NCBI GenBank assembly: GCA_963696295.1
Contig: CAVOJR010000001.1
Coordinates: forward strand, 2,932,462 to 2,996,461
Direction of reading: 5' to 3'
Origin: an uncultured Chlamydiae bacterium
GTDB lineage: Bacteria; Chlamydiota; Chlamydiia; Chlamydiales; JAJFMB01
Length of the DNA: 64,000 nt
Numbering within the stretch: the first letter of the stretch is position 1; each line of letters begins with the position of its first letter. The notes below the pieces were generated by a model. The model was given only the letters and a program-made list of their open reading frames with translations, had not been told where the DNA came from and made no database searches. Positions 41,058 through 50,864 of the stretch are shown piece by piece. The position numbers were made by a program, and so were the translations under genes.

Positions 41058-42821
41058 TTAAATTCCAGCTTCTTTTTCAGGGAGGAATCCGTCGGTTTGC
41101 TTTTTCCAAAGATGGGCGTAATGCCCCTTCAATTTGAGGAGTTCCTGATGGCTTCCTTTTTCAACGATTACCCCCTGATCGAAGACAAAAATGGTATCCA
41201 TCTTTGCCAAAGTGGAAAGGCGGTGGGCGACGACCAGGGTGGTCTTCCCCTTCATCAAGGAATAAAGGCTCTCCTGAATGATCCTTTCAGTCGCTGAATC
41301 CAGAGCGGAGGTGGCCTCATCCAATATCAGAATAGGGGAGTTTTTCAGAAAGGCCCGGGCAATGGCGATCCTTTGCCGCTGGCCGCCCGACAACTTTATC
41401 CCCCCTTCGCCGACCGGTGTATCATATTGTTCCTCCTGGCCCATGATAAAGTCGTGGCAATGGGCTTTTTTGGCGGCCTCTATGATCTCCTCGTCCGACG
41501 CTTCGATTTTCCCATACCTGATGTTGTCTTTAAGGGAGCGGTGGAAAAGCATGGTGTCCTGGGGAACAAAGGCGATTTGCTCCCTTAAGGAATCTTGCGA
41601 GAATTTGGAGATGTCCTGATCATCGATCAAAATTTGCCCTTTTTCCAAGTCGAAGTAGCGCAAAATCAGGTTTACGAAGGTCGATTTGCCGCTGCCCGAG
41701 TAGCCGACCAGCCCCACTTTTTCTCCGGGTTGTATGAGTATGCTTTTATTGCGGAAAATGTTTTTTTTCGGGGTGTAGTGAAAGGAAACCTTGCGAAACT
41801 CGATTTTTCCCTTATTCACTTTAAGTTGTTTAGCGTGTGGGATATCCTTTATTTCAATCGGGGCATTGACCACCTTCATCGCCTGGCGGCAGACGCCGGC
41901 TTCTTTCATAAAATCCATAAACTGATCGGATGTCCACCAGACCCACATCGTGAGCTGCAGAGTGGCGGTGGTCAGATAGGTAAAGTCGCCGATAGTCACC
42001 CAATCTTTTTGCCACCCATAGATAAATGCGAGGATCATCAGGAAAAGTAAAGCGATGTTTAAAGCGCTTTGAATGGCGGTGACTTTAATGAGATAGAGCG
42101 ACTGTTTTTGCGCTTTTACCACCTCATCCTTCTGATAGCGGGCGAGATATTCCTTTTCATAGCGGCTTCTGGCGAACAGCCGGATGGCGGTCATATTTTT
42201 AAAGGCATCCACGATTCTGCCGCTCAATTGGCTGTTTGCCTCGGATTGCCGATCGGCGTTTTCGATGCACTTCGGCATGAAATAGATGGCCACGCCCCAG
42301 AAGCAGACCAGCCAAAGGAGCACGAGGAGGGCGTAGAGGGCGTGGACGTAAAAGAGGAGGCAGAGGGAAAAAAGGACAAAAAACAGCACGGGAAAGAAAG
42401 AGCGGTAAAAGGTGTTCACAATCAATTCAAATCCTCTGACCATGTCGAGCACTTTATTCGACAGGTCGCCGGCCAGGTTATCCTGGAAGAATCGGTAGGA
42501 CTGTTTTTCCAGTTTGGTGAACATCTCATCGCGCATCCGGGCTTTCATGGGAAGCACGACTTTCAACGAGATGTAGAGCTGCACGCGGATGGTGGTTTCT
42601 ATGATGATCCAGAGGAGGGCGAAAGCGAAAAGGGGCCAAAAGACGGCGCCGTAAACTTCGGCTTTGGGCCCTTTAAAATCGACGATCCTGTCGATAATAA
42701 TGCGCAAAAGGAACGGGGTATACGCATCTCCGAAGGAATAGATCAGGGTTAGAAGGAACATCAGGGCAAACAGCCACTTTTTTGGTCGGATGAAGTGCCA
42801 GAAAAACTGTGTCAGACTCAT
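41058..42821 (-). CDS. ABC exporter, fused permease/ATPase (MsbA/ABCB-like)
   Basis: Six-TM N-terminal domain. Walker A GYSGSGKSTF, signature LSGGQRQRIAIARA, Walker B LILDEATSALD and H-loop VVAHRLST. Confidence 0.9.
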   Translation of the reverse strand: MSLTQFFWHFIRPKKWLFALMFLLTLIYSFGDAYTPFLLRIIIDRIVDFKGPKAEVYGAVFWPLFAFALLWIIIETTIRVQLYISLKVVLPMKARMRDEMFTKLEKQSYRFFQDNLAGDLSNKVLDMVRGFELIVNTFYRSFFPVLFFVLFSLCLLFYVHALYALLVLLWLVCFWGVAIYFMPKCIENADRQSEANSQLSGRIVDAFKNMTAIRLFARSRYEKEYLARYQKDEVVKAQKQSLYLIKVTAIQSALNIALLFLMILAFIYGWQKDWVTIGDFTYLTTATLQLTMWVWWTSDQFMDFMKEAGVCRQAMKVVNAPIEIKDIPHAKQLKVNKGKIEFRKVSFHYTPKKNIFRNKSILIQPGEKVGLVGYSGSGKSTFVNLILRYFDLEKGQILIDDQDISKFSQDSLREQIAFVPQDTMLFHRSLKDNIRYGKIEASDEEIIEAAKKAHCHDFIMGQEEQYDTPVGEGGIKLSGGQRQRIAIARAFLKNSPILILDEATSALDSATERIIQESLYSLMKGKTTLVVAHRLSTLAKMDTIFVFDQGVIVEKGSHQELLKLKGHYAHLWKKQTDGFLPEKEAGI

Positions 42822-42918
42822 AATGCCTAAAATAGCATAATGTCAAGAATATGGCTCTTTATTTATTTTTGAAGATCCACTATCATTGATTTCAACAGAA
42901 AAAAAGTGGAGTTTTCGA

Positions 42919-43872
42919 ATGAAAAAGGAAAAACTAGTCATCATCGGATCGGGGCCGGCAGGCTACACCGCCGCCATTTATGCCGCCAGGGCCAATTTAG
43001 CTCCTGTATTGTTTGAAGGCTTCTATTCCGGACCGGCCGGCGGGCAGCTGATGACCACGACTGAGGTGGAGAATTATCCCGGCTTTCCCGAAGGGATCAG
43101 CGGACCTATGCTGATGGAAAACTTTCGCAAACAGGCAGTCCGCTTCGGAACGACAATGCTTACAGAAGATGTGGAAGGGGTCGATTTTTCGAGCTACCCT
43201 TATAAAGTTATCGGTAAAGAAAACAGCTTTCGCACAAACTCCGTCATCATCGCTACCGGGGCGAGCGCGAACCGCCTGGAAATCCCGGGCGCCGGCGACG
43301 GGGAGTTTTGGCAAAAAGGGGTCACCGCCTGCGCTGTTTGCGACGGAGCCATGCCGATCTTCCGCGATAAAGATCTCTATGTGATCGGCGGCGGCGATTC
43401 CGCTGTGGAAGAGGCGACCTTTTTGACGAAATACGCGCGAAAAGTGTTTCTTGTCCACCGGCGCGATGAGCTGAGAGCCTCGAAGATTATGCAGAAACGA
43501 GCTTTGGAGCATCCAAAGATCGAGATTTTATGGGACAGCGTGGTCAGCTCCGTCGGCGGAGACAGCGTGGTGCGCTTTGTGACTATCAAAAATCTGAAAA
43601 CCCATCATGAGACCAAGCGGGAAGCGGGCGGTCTGTTTTTTGCCGTAGGGCATACTCCAAACACCTCGTTCTTAAAAGGACAGATAGATTTGCACGAAAA
43701 TGGCTATATTAAAGTGCAGCCCGGCACTTGCCGCACAAACGTCGATCTCGTTTACGCCTGCGGCGACGCTCAGGACCATGTCTATCGCCAGGCGATTTCT
43801 GCGGCCGGATCCGGTTGCATGGCTGCCATTGACGCCGAGCGGGAGCTTTCGGCCAGAGGTTATTCCGATTGA
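42919..43872 (+). CDS. trxB: Thioredoxin-disulfide reductase
   Basis: [18 protein letters not shown] (FAD), redox-active [21 protein letters not shown] (NADPH) and GDAQD. I prefer the ATG at 42919 to the track's TTG at 42886. Confidence 0.92.
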   Translation: MKKEKLVIIGSGPAGYTAAIYAARANLAPVLFEGFYSGPAGGQLMTTTEVENYPGFPEGISGPMLMENFRKQAVRFGTTMLTEDVEGVDFSSYPYKVIGKENSFRTNSVIIATGASANRLEIPGAGDGEFWQKGVTACAVCDGAMPIFRDKDLYVIGGGDSAVEEATFLTKYARKVFLVHRRDELRASKIMQKRALEHPKIEILWDSVVSSVGGDSVVRFVTIKNLKTHHETKREAGGLFFAVGHTPNTSFLKGQIDLHENGYIKVQPGTCRTNVDLVYACGDAQDHVYRQAISAAGSGCMAAIDAERELSARGYSD

Positions 43873-44678
43873 TGAAGCGCCTCTTCGCCTGCCTTCTACT
43901 TCCTTTGGCCTTAAGCGCAACTGAACTCGCTCCCTGGTTTGGGCGCAGCCTGGAAATTGAAGTGCGGGAAACCAACCTCATCCAATATTTCCGTAAAGTG
44001 GCCACTCCCATCAAGCCCACGCGCTATCCCTCGTGCAGCCAATTTTTCACATTAGGCACTTCTTCGGCCTTCGACCGGATCAGCGTGGAGCTTGAGCTGA
44101 CATTGGCTAATACGCCCCATCGCTCCTTCGGCTTTGATAATTTTAGGGGCACCGGGCGCTATCTCCTCTTGGACGATGTAATCGGCGATCCCATCAGTTT
44201 AGCGGCCGGCGTCACGCTTGCCGGCGTCGGAAGAAGGGCTTTCAAAGATTTGAGCTCCTTTCATAACGCGAAGTTTGAGGCTGAGGGGCATCTCGCTTTT
44301 GGGCGGGAAGTTTCCTGTCAGATGTTTTGGGTCAGCCGCTGGTGGGGGTTATTGGCCGCCGGTATTGGCGGCAAAGGGTGTCCCTGGATGAGGGCCAATA
44401 TCACCTGGGAGCGCAATTTTTGGGATCTTCACTCCTGGCAGTTCTTTGTGCATGCCTTGTGGGGTTTTGGAGACTACGACATAGACCTTTGCAGACAGTT
44501 TGAAGGCTATGGCCTGATCAAACACCGCTCCGTCGATTTGGGTTTGCGCTATACGAGGATTTTTGGCAGCCTGGGCGGGAGGTTCAGTTTTGAGTTTGTG
44601 CAACGGGTCTATGCCTGGAATTTCCCTGAGTACGCGCAAATCGGCATGCTCCGCTTCACCTACCCTTTCGGTCTTTAA
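43869..44678 (+). CDS. Signal-peptide protein, probable outer-membrane beta-barrel
   Basis: Signal peptide [17 protein letters not shown], alternating-polarity strands and a C-terminal aromatic-rich LRFTYPFGL. 4-nt overlap with trxB. Confidence 0.45.
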   Translation: MMKRLFACLLLPLALSATELAPWFGRSLEIEVRETNLIQYFRKVATPIKPTRYPSCSQFFTLGTSSAFDRISVELELTLANTPHRSFGFDNFRGTGRYLLLDDVIGDPISLAAGVTLAGVGRRAFKDLSSFHNAKFEAEGHLAFGREVSCQMFWVSRWWGLLAAGIGGKGCPWMRANITWERNFWDLHSWQFFVHALWGFGDYDIDLCRQFEGYGLIKHRSVDLGLRYTRIFGSLGGRFSFEFVQRVYAWNFPEYAQIGMLRFTYPFGL

Positions 44679-44705
44679 ATCAGAACACATTGCTATGCCC
44701 CGGCT

Positions 44706-44867
44706 CTAGAACACGGAAAGCGCCAAAAGCAACAAGATGATAAAAATAATAATGAACAAAAAAAACAGAACTTTAGCAATTTCTATTGAGATACCTGCAA
44801 TAGTTGTAAATCCTAATGCTCCGGCGATTAAAGCGATAATGAGAAAGAAAAATGCCCAACGTAACAT
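44706..44867 (-). CDS. DUF1328/UPF0391 (YtjA-like) small membrane protein, copy 1 (53 aa)
   Basis: Not in the ORF track because it is under 60 aa. My own translation gives [53 protein letters not shown]. This matches the family pattern ML.WA..FLIIA.IAA.LGF.GIAG.A..IAK.LF..F... Confidence 0.75.
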   Translation of the reverse strand: MLRWAFFFLIIALIAGALGFTTIAGISIEIAKVLFFLFIIIFIILLLLALSVF

Positions 44868-44870
44868 AAT

Positions 44871-45032
44871 TTACCCTTTGCGTTTACCAAAAATAAGTGA
44901 AAATACAAAGAGAACAAGAAAGATAAGAAAGATGATCTTTGCCATCTCTGCCGCAGTCCCTGCAATCCCTCCAAAGCCTAATAATGCCGCAATTAATGCG
45001 ATGATCAAAAATGTAACTGCCCAGTTTAACAT
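44871..45032 (-). CDS. DUF1328/UPF0391 (YtjA-like) small membrane protein, copy 2 (53 aa)
   Basis: My own translation gives [53 protein letters not shown]. It lies 3 nt upstream of copy 1. The plus-strand ORF at 44737-45063 is an antisense artefact. Confidence 0.75.
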   Translation of the reverse strand: MLNWAVTFLIIALIAALLGFGGIAGTAAEMAKIIFLIFLVLFVFSLIFGKRKG

Positions 45033-45115
45033 TCAACCCTCCAAGACGCTTATATTTTTTTGATATTCTCTTTTGCCGATTTGCTGCAATTGAAAATGTG
45101 AAATCTTGGACGTTC

Positions 45116-46741
45116 CTATAGACTGTATCGCCACTTTTTAAAATACTGGGGATAGAGATGAAGGAAACGGTAGATCATTAAACCGGCAATGAGACATGCG
45201 ATAACCAATGAGGCCATCCCAAGAATATAGAGGGCGTCATTCAAAGCGGCGATTTCCGCCTGCTGCTCAATCTGAGTGATTATGAGCTCATTTGTTTGTC
45301 TCTTTCCCAGGTAGCGCCCCTGGCCTACTATCTCGGAAACATGCATGTTGAGCTTTTGGGAATAGTATTTGTATCTGGCGGAGTAGCTATTGACCTGTTC
45401 GCCGAAGCGCAAAGCGTGGTAGGGGGCTCGCATCCCTACGATTAAACCGATGAGGCCGCTGCCGTAAGCGGTAGATATCTGCCTGAAAAATGTGAGAATG
45501 CCCACGGCGTGGTTCGCTTCGGCCTGGGAAAACGGGGAGAGGCCAAGAGCCGTTAAGGGGCCCAAAACCAGCCCAAGCCCTGCCGAGCGCAAACCCAGCA
45601 GCCAGCCGATCTGGAAGGGTCCGCTCTGAATCGTGATGTCTTGAGAGAGAAAGCAGCTCGCTATAATGAGCGTCAAACCGCCTAAGATGAAGATGCGGTA
45701 ATCGATTACATTGGCCAAGACGGTGGTAAGGGTACCAAAAATAAGATAAACACAGCCCATGATGCTCATGAATTTGCCTACCATCCAGTATTCATAGTGG
45801 TAAATAGACAGCAAAAAGTTGATCCGTTCAAAAGAGACGCCAAACACCATAACCCCTTCGATGATCAGGCCGATGACTCCAATGCAAAAAGGTAATTTGG
45901 TGAATAATGTCAAATCGATGATGGCAGATTTGTTGCGATGGCTGTGCAGGAGAAAAGCGGCAAAGGTGATGAGCATTACCAGATAACAGCCGTGAATAAA
46001 GGGGGAGTGCCACCCTAAGGTGTTCCATGGGGCCTTGGCTTGTGTAAGAATACAGAGCAAAGCCAAAAAAAAGAGGATGACGTAGACAAAGCCAAAGAAA
46101 TCAAAGGGTTTGTGTTTGAGGAGGGGGGTTTCCGGAATTAAAATCCAGGTCAGGAGCAGGGTAGGTAGGGAAAAATAGAGATTCATCAAAAAAACCTTGC
46201 GCCATTCACCGGTTTCACCGAAGTAACCTCCTAGGAGCAAGCCGATAACAATGCCAAAACCGAAAAAGAAGTTGCTATAAGCCGTGACTGCTGCGGCGCG
46301 GTCTTTTTCATGGACCGTGATGGTGATGATATTTAAACCGACGGTGATCACTATTCCCCCGCCAAGGCCCGCCAGAGCGCGAAAGAAAAGCAGCTCGTAG
46401 TAGTGCGTGGCAAATCCTCCCCCGATCATGCCAATCGAGAAGATCACGTTGCCGAGAAACAACAGCCGTTTGTACCCGTACTTATTGGCGGCATGGATGC
46501 AGTAGAGGGGAGATATCGAGGTGCAGAAAACAAATAATTTTGTCAGCCAATCGGTACTTGTGACATCTAAGGAAAAAGCTCCCTGTATCTCTCCGGCGAC
46601 GACGACGGTCGAAAGCAGATTGATGGTGACCAGCATGCTGATCAAAGTCACATTGATGACATTTAACCAGATGCAAACGGGGTGGTGCGGGTCGAAAAAA
46701 TAGGGGTTTTCCCAGTCAAAGATAGCTCTTAATCGGTTCAT
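45116..46741 (-). CDS. emrB: MFS drug:H+ antiporter, DHA2 (EmrB/QacA, 14-TMS) family
   Basis: About 14 hydrophobic segments, the motif FRALAGLGGG, and 4-nt overlap with the upstream HlyD-family gene. Confidence 0.8.
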   Translation of the reverse strand: MNRLRAIFDWENPYFFDPHHPVCIWLNVINVTLISMLVTINLLSTVVVAGEIQGAFSLDVTSTDWLTKLFVFCTSISPLYCIHAANKYGYKRLLFLGNVIFSIGMIGGGFATHYYELLFFRALAGLGGGIVITVGLNIITITVHEKDRAAAVTAYSNFFFGFGIVIGLLLGGYFGETGEWRKVFLMNLYFSLPTLLLTWILIPETPLLKHKPFDFFGFVYVILFFLALLCILTQAKAPWNTLGWHSPFIHGCYLVMLITFAAFLLHSHRNKSAIIDLTLFTKLPFCIGVIGLIIEGVMVFGVSFERINFLLSIYHYEYWMVGKFMSIMGCVYLIFGTLTTVLANVIDYRIFILGGLTLIIASCFLSQDITIQSGPFQIGWLLGLRSAGLGLVLGPLTALGLSPFSQAEANHAVGILTFFRQISTAYGSGLIGLIVGMRAPYHALRFGEQVNSYSARYKYYSQKLNMHVSEIVGQGRYLGKRQTNELIITQIEQQAEIAALNDALYILGMASLVIACLIAGLMIYRFLHLYPQYFKKWRYSL

Positions 46742-47670
46742 GGTTTGACTTTGATGCTCACTTCAGCAGACATCCCTGGGAAGAGGTATAAGGGTTGGTT
46801 CGCCGGAAAATTCTCCGGCGGCCGGATTGTGATTTTGATTGGAATGCGCTGGGCGACTTTGGTGTAATTGCCTGTGGCATTGTTTTGCGGTACAAGGGAA
46901 GACTGGGAAGCGGCAGCCCCTTTAATAGTGAAGACATTGCCCTGAAAGGTGTAGCCTGGATAGGCATCGATAGTGATGTCTACATCATCTCCCAATTTGA
47001 CATTTTCAATTTTTCCCTCTTCCAGGTTGGCCTGCACCCAGACTTTTTGCAGATCGTACATCGTGTAGAGGCTCTGTCCCGGGGTCATGGTATCGCCGAG
47101 CCATACCCATCTTTTGGCGATCACCCCGTCTTGGGGCGCTAAAATGGTGTAATGCTCCAAGGTGGCGTTGATCACTTGAAGCTCTTTTATGGCCAGTTCC
47201 AAATTGGCCTTGGCCAGTTTCAGCTCGGCATTGATGATTTCCAGATTTTTTTCCGCATGATCATATTCTTCTTCCGCAACGACTTTTTTTTCAAAACCGG
47301 CGCGTGCGCGGATAAAATCGTTGCGAATTTTCTTGAAGCGCCCCTGTTGAACTTCGACCTCTTCCCTTAAGCTTTTGATTTTGGCTTCGGCTGCGCTTTT
47401 TCTGGCTAATGGGATGTTATTTTGCAGCACGGCGATGGTTTGCCCTTTTTTGACCACATCCCCCTCATCGACATATAAGGCGATGATCTGCTCGGTGACG
47501 TCGGTGCTTAAATTCATTCCGAATGCATCGATATTCGCGTCATTGGTCCATACCGTGTGGCGCCAGTCAAACATATAGACCAGGCAACCGATGCCGACGA
47601 CCAAGAGGAACAAGACAAAAATTGTCCTTTTCCAGGGTGAGGAGGCACTATCTTGATTATCTTCTTGCAT
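46738..47670 (-). CDS. emrA: HlyD/EmrA-family membrane fusion (periplasmic adaptor) protein
   Basis: N-terminal TM anchor, a lipoyl-like hairpin (VDEGDVVKKGQTIAVL ... ILAPQDGVIAKRWVWLGDTMTPGQSL), a coiled-coil centre and a beta-barrel C-terminus. Confidence 0.8.
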   Translation of the reverse strand: MQEDNQDSASSPWKRTIFVLFLLVVGIGCLVYMFDWRHTVWTNDANIDAFGMNLSTDVTEQIIALYVDEGDVVKKGQTIAVLQNNIPLARKSAAEAKIKSLREEVEVQQGRFKKIRNDFIRARAGFEKKVVAEEEYDHAEKNLEIINAELKLAKANLELAIKELQVINATLEHYTILAPQDGVIAKRWVWLGDTMTPGQSLYTMYDLQKVWVQANLEEGKIENVKLGDDVDITIDAYPGYTFQGNVFTIKGAAASQSSLVPQNNATGNYTKVAQRIPIKITIRPPENFPANQPLYLFPGMSAEVSIKVKP

Positions 47671-47673
47671 TTT

Positions 47674-49095
47674 TTATGTCTCAAATAGGCAGTTTTGTAA
47701 ATCATAACCTGAGGCATGCTTCAGACCAAAGTAGCCTTTAATCAAATCAAAGCGGGCCTGATCGCGGATAAAGAGAGCCTGGATGAGGCTGTCAACAACG
47801 ATCTGATAGTCAAAGACCGTGAGGTAGCCGATCTCAAGCTGTTTATTTGCAAGGTCGAGCGTTTGTTCTGCCAGGGCGACATTTCCCTGTGCGGTAACAA
47901 AACTGGCCACCGATTCGGAGATCGAAAAGACCTGGTCCCTCACTTCTTCATAAGTGATTTGTACCCCTTTTTTATATTCGCAGCATTTGGCGTTCCGCTC
48001 ATAGCGCGCCTGCCGGATTCGGTGATCCCGGCCAAAGCCATCGAAGATCAGCCAGGAAATGGAATAACCGGCGGCCCAATAAAACTTTTGGTTGAAGAAA
48101 CTGGAAGAGGGGTAAAATATCGTCCCTGCCGGGTAGCCCCCATAATTGAATTGCAAGTCCACTTCAGGCCAGTAGGTTCCCCGCTCTTTTTTCACCTTCT
48201 CTTCGGCAATTTGCCATTCTTTGCCTTTGGATTTTAGATCGGGGCGAAGCTGAAAGGCCAACTTTTCCCACCAGGCAATTTCCTCTTCTGAAAAGAGATT
48301 TTTCATGAGTTTTTCTTCAGTCAAAGGAAATTCCGGTTTATAGATCCGCCCTTGAGTCTGTTTTTCTTCGAAGATTTTGTTCACCCGCTCAACTTTGGAA
48401 GCGATTTCCGGAATTTGAGAGACGGGGATCTCTTTTGTGGCAAATTCCAGTTTCACCTCGCCCGGGTTGTATCCCATGACAGTCACCAGGTAATCGAGGT
48501 CGATCTCCAGCTGTTTGATCGCTTTGTAATAGGCTGCGGTGGCGTTGGCGACGGCGACTTTGCTTTGGTTTAAGTTGAGCAAAATAGAGGTGCCTCTATT
48601 GTAGTTGATCTCCATTCTTTCGGCCAAACTCGCCAGGATTTCGATATTGGTCTTGGCGGTTGAGATGTTTTGATAATCCAAAATGATCTGGTAGAAGGCG
48701 GTGCGGGTATTGAAGAGCACATCGATCATGATCGCTTCCAGCAAAAGCCTTAAGTTTTCCTCTACCAGGGTGGAGATTTTCACATTATAATAGGCATTGG
48801 TGGAAAAGAGGCGCTGAGTCACGGTGAAAAGGCTTATGAAGGAACTGTAAGAGCCTGTGTTTTCTTGCCTGTTTTGCGTTTTATAGCCCGTGCTGATTAA
48901 GTCCACTTCAGGCAGCCATTTCGAAAGGGAGACCAGTTTGCCCTGTTTAGAGCTTTGGTAAAGCTGCCAAAGCTTGCAGATATCTTTATTATTTTTCAGG
49001 GCGATCCGCTCAGCTTGATCCAGGGTAAATTCGGCAAAGGTAATTTCCCCCTGCAAAGGAGCGATAAAGAGCAGTAGTATAAAAAAGATATACAT
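47674..49095 (-). CDS. TolC-family outer membrane efflux protein
   Basis: Signal peptide MYIFFILLLFIAPLQG, then FTLDQAERIALKNNKDI and two internal OEP repeats. It is the first gene of the tolC-emrA-emrB-type operon. Confidence 0.8.
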   Translation of the reverse strand: MYIFFILLLFIAPLQGEITFAEFTLDQAERIALKNNKDICKLWQLYQSSKQGKLVSLSKWLPEVDLISTGYKTQNRQENTGSYSSFISLFTVTQRLFSTNAYYNVKISTLVEENLRLLLEAIMIDVLFNTRTAFYQIILDYQNISTAKTNIEILASLAERMEINYNRGTSILLNLNQSKVAVANATAAYYKAIKQLEIDLDYLVTVMGYNPGEVKLEFATKEIPVSQIPEIASKVERVNKIFEEKQTQGRIYKPEFPLTEEKLMKNLFSEEEIAWWEKLAFQLRPDLKSKGKEWQIAEEKVKKERGTYWPEVDLQFNYGGYPAGTIFYPSSSFFNQKFYWAAGYSISWLIFDGFGRDHRIRQARYERNAKCCEYKKGVQITYEEVRDQVFSISESVASFVTAQGNVALAEQTLDLANKQLEIGYLTVFDYQIVVDSLIQALFIRDQARFDLIKGYFGLKHASGYDLQNCLFET

Positions 49096-49139
49096 AAGAT
49101 TCGATCCTAGCAGGGTGCATTTGAGAATTCAAGAACTAT

Positions 49140-49574
49140 TCAGATCAGAACCATTTGCTCAAGCTCAGCTTGGAGCCTGGTGAGATTCTCTTTTCTCTCG
49201 ACCATCTCTTCTCTTAACTGAATTTGGCGGAGAACTGTCCGGTCAATCATTTTTGAGCTTTGCGTCGGGGACTGATCGGCGAAAATTTTGACTTGTTCCT
49301 GATCGACCTCAACAGATTTAGCGATTTTTCTGGTCAGTTCCTCAATTTTATGCTGTATCTCATTCAGCATCATCAGGATCTCACTAGTGTCCGAAAGCTC
49401 TTTGGCTCGTTCTTCGAGAGGGCGGGGATTCGGATTGTAAAGGAGAGGCAGGATGACCGTGAAGGGCGGAGAATAGAAATTTGTTTCTGCTAATGACATA
49501 CCGTTATCCTTCTGATCAGGTCCAAATCGGATCGAGTAAAAAGGAAAATGTACATCAAATTGAAATTTTATCAA
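49140..49574 (-). CDS. Hypothetical coiled-coil protein
   Basis: The ORF has a heptad-like C-terminal half (EILMMLNEIQHKIEELTRKIAK..., LREEMVERKENLTRLQAELEQ). An alternative start at the internal MSLAETNF is possible. Confidence 0.45.
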   Translation of the reverse strand: MIKFQFDVHFPFYSIRFGPDQKDNGMSLAETNFYSPPFTVILPLLYNPNPRPLEERAKELSDTSEILMMLNEIQHKIEELTRKIAKSVEVDQEQVKIFADQSPTQSSKMIDRTVLRQIQLREEMVERKENLTRLQAELEQMVLI

Positions 49575-49636
49575 AGAAAAAAAATGGGTTCACAGGCCTC
49601 CTAGAGGGAAAAAGCATATTAAAATATTTAATAATA

Positions 49637-49822
49637 TTAATCCCCTTTGATAGCCAAGATCAGCCAGCGCAAGAAGACATAGGTGATCCAGGCGCAGCCG
49701 GCGGCAAGGGCTGCTCCAAAAAAACTTTTAAAGAACTGGCCGGTCTCCCAAAAGAAGAGAATCCAGCTTAGAAGCAGTGCGGCCAGGGCGAAGATATAAC
49801 TGTTGCGGTCGATCAAATGCAT
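49637..49822 (-). CDS. Hypothetical small two-TM membrane protein (61 aa)
   Basis: Hydrophobic segments YIFALAALLLSWILFFW and FFGAALAAGCAWITYVFLRWLIL. Confidence 0.4.
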   Translation of the reverse strand: MHLIDRNSYIFALAALLLSWILFFWETGQFFKSFFGAALAAGCAWITYVFLRWLILAIKGD

Positions 49823-49832
49823 AAAATTCCTT

Positions 49833-50312
49833 TTAAGTTGGCGATGGGCTCATTTTTGCATAATCGGAGATAAGAATGCCATGAAGATGATCATATTCAT
49901 GCAAAAAACAGCGCGCCTCCATTCCCTCAAAACTCTGAAAAATGGGTTCTCCATGAATATTCTGCCCCTTTACTTTGATGCGATGGGGACGCAAAACCGG
50001 GACAAGCAAATCGGGCAGGGACAAACACCCCTCCTCCTCAAGCGTCATTTTTTTGCTGACCGAAATAATTTCGGGATTGATAAAAACATGCAGGTAATCG
50101 AGGGGATCCATCTCTTCCTCTTCCGTGACTGACATGGCAAAAATCATTTGCGAATTAAAGACTTGGGGAGCGGCAAGCCCCCATCCCTTATAGGAGATCA
50201 GGGTTTCAACCAGATCGTCGACAAAAAGGTGCAGCTTTTGATCGAAGAGGGTTACAGGGGCGGCTTTTTGGCGTAAAACCGGGGCGTCGAGGAGGGCGAG
50301 TTCTAAAATCAT
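49833..50312 (-). CDS. def: Peptide deformylase, paralog 2
   Basis: All three PDF motifs are present: GWGLAAPQV, EGCLSLP and HEYDHLHG. Confidence 0.85.
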   Translation of the reverse strand: MILELALLDAPVLRQKAAPVTLFDQKLHLFVDDLVETLISYKGWGLAAPQVFNSQMIFAMSVTEEEEMDPLDYLHVFINPEIISVSKKMTLEEEGCLSLPDLLVPVLRPHRIKVKGQNIHGEPIFQSFEGMEARCFLHEYDHLHGILISDYAKMSPSPT

Positions 50313-50839
50313 TTTTCTTGATGCCTCTTTTTAAAATCCCGGAGCTGCTGCTCCAAATCTTTGCGCGCCTTTCCCTTTATCCGGTCAAAGAATAAAACGC
50401 CGTTCAAATGGTCGTTTTCATGCAGGATGCATCGCGCCTCCATCCCTTCAAATTCCTGGATAAATTCTTCCCCCAGGTGGTTTAACGCCCGGACCTTGAC
50501 TCGGCAGGGCCGCTCGACGTCGGCGTAAATCTTCGGGATGGAAAGACACCCTTCATTATGCACCCAGGTTTCCTCGCTTACGGAGAGAATTTCAGGATTG
50601 ATAAATATATAGAGGGGGCCTCTTCGCCAGGATTTATCTGCCTGCATAACGGGTATGGACATGAGAAAAACCCGTTTGAGCTGCGACACTTGCACGGCTG
50701 ACAGCCCCAGACCGTTGAGAGATTGCATGGTTTCGAGCATATCATTGATCAAAGTTTTGATCCCTTCGTCGATCTCTTTGACAGCTTCCGATTTTTGACG
50801 TAAGATGGGGTTGCCAAAATAGGCAATTTTTAATATCAC
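50309..50839 (-). CDS. def: Peptide deformylase, paralog 1
   Basis: PDF motifs GLGLSAVQV, EGCLSIP and HENDHLNG. It overlaps paralog 2 by 4 nt. Confidence 0.9.
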   Translation of the reverse strand: MILKIAYFGNPILRQKSEAVKEIDEGIKTLINDMLETMQSLNGLGLSAVQVSQLKRVFLMSIPVMQADKSWRRGPLYIFINPEILSVSEETWVHNEGCLSIPKIYADVERPCRVKVRALNHLGEEFIQEFEGMEARCILHENDHLNGVLFFDRIKGKARKDLEQQLRDFKKRHQEK

Positions 50840-50864
50840 TTTTTACTCCCTATTAAAGACATTG

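Noticed and set aside
44737-45063. A 108-aa plus-strand ORF from the track.
   Set aside because: Its product is a low-complexity Ile/Lys/Asn-rich sequence. The opposite strand encodes two well-formed DUF1328-family minigenes.
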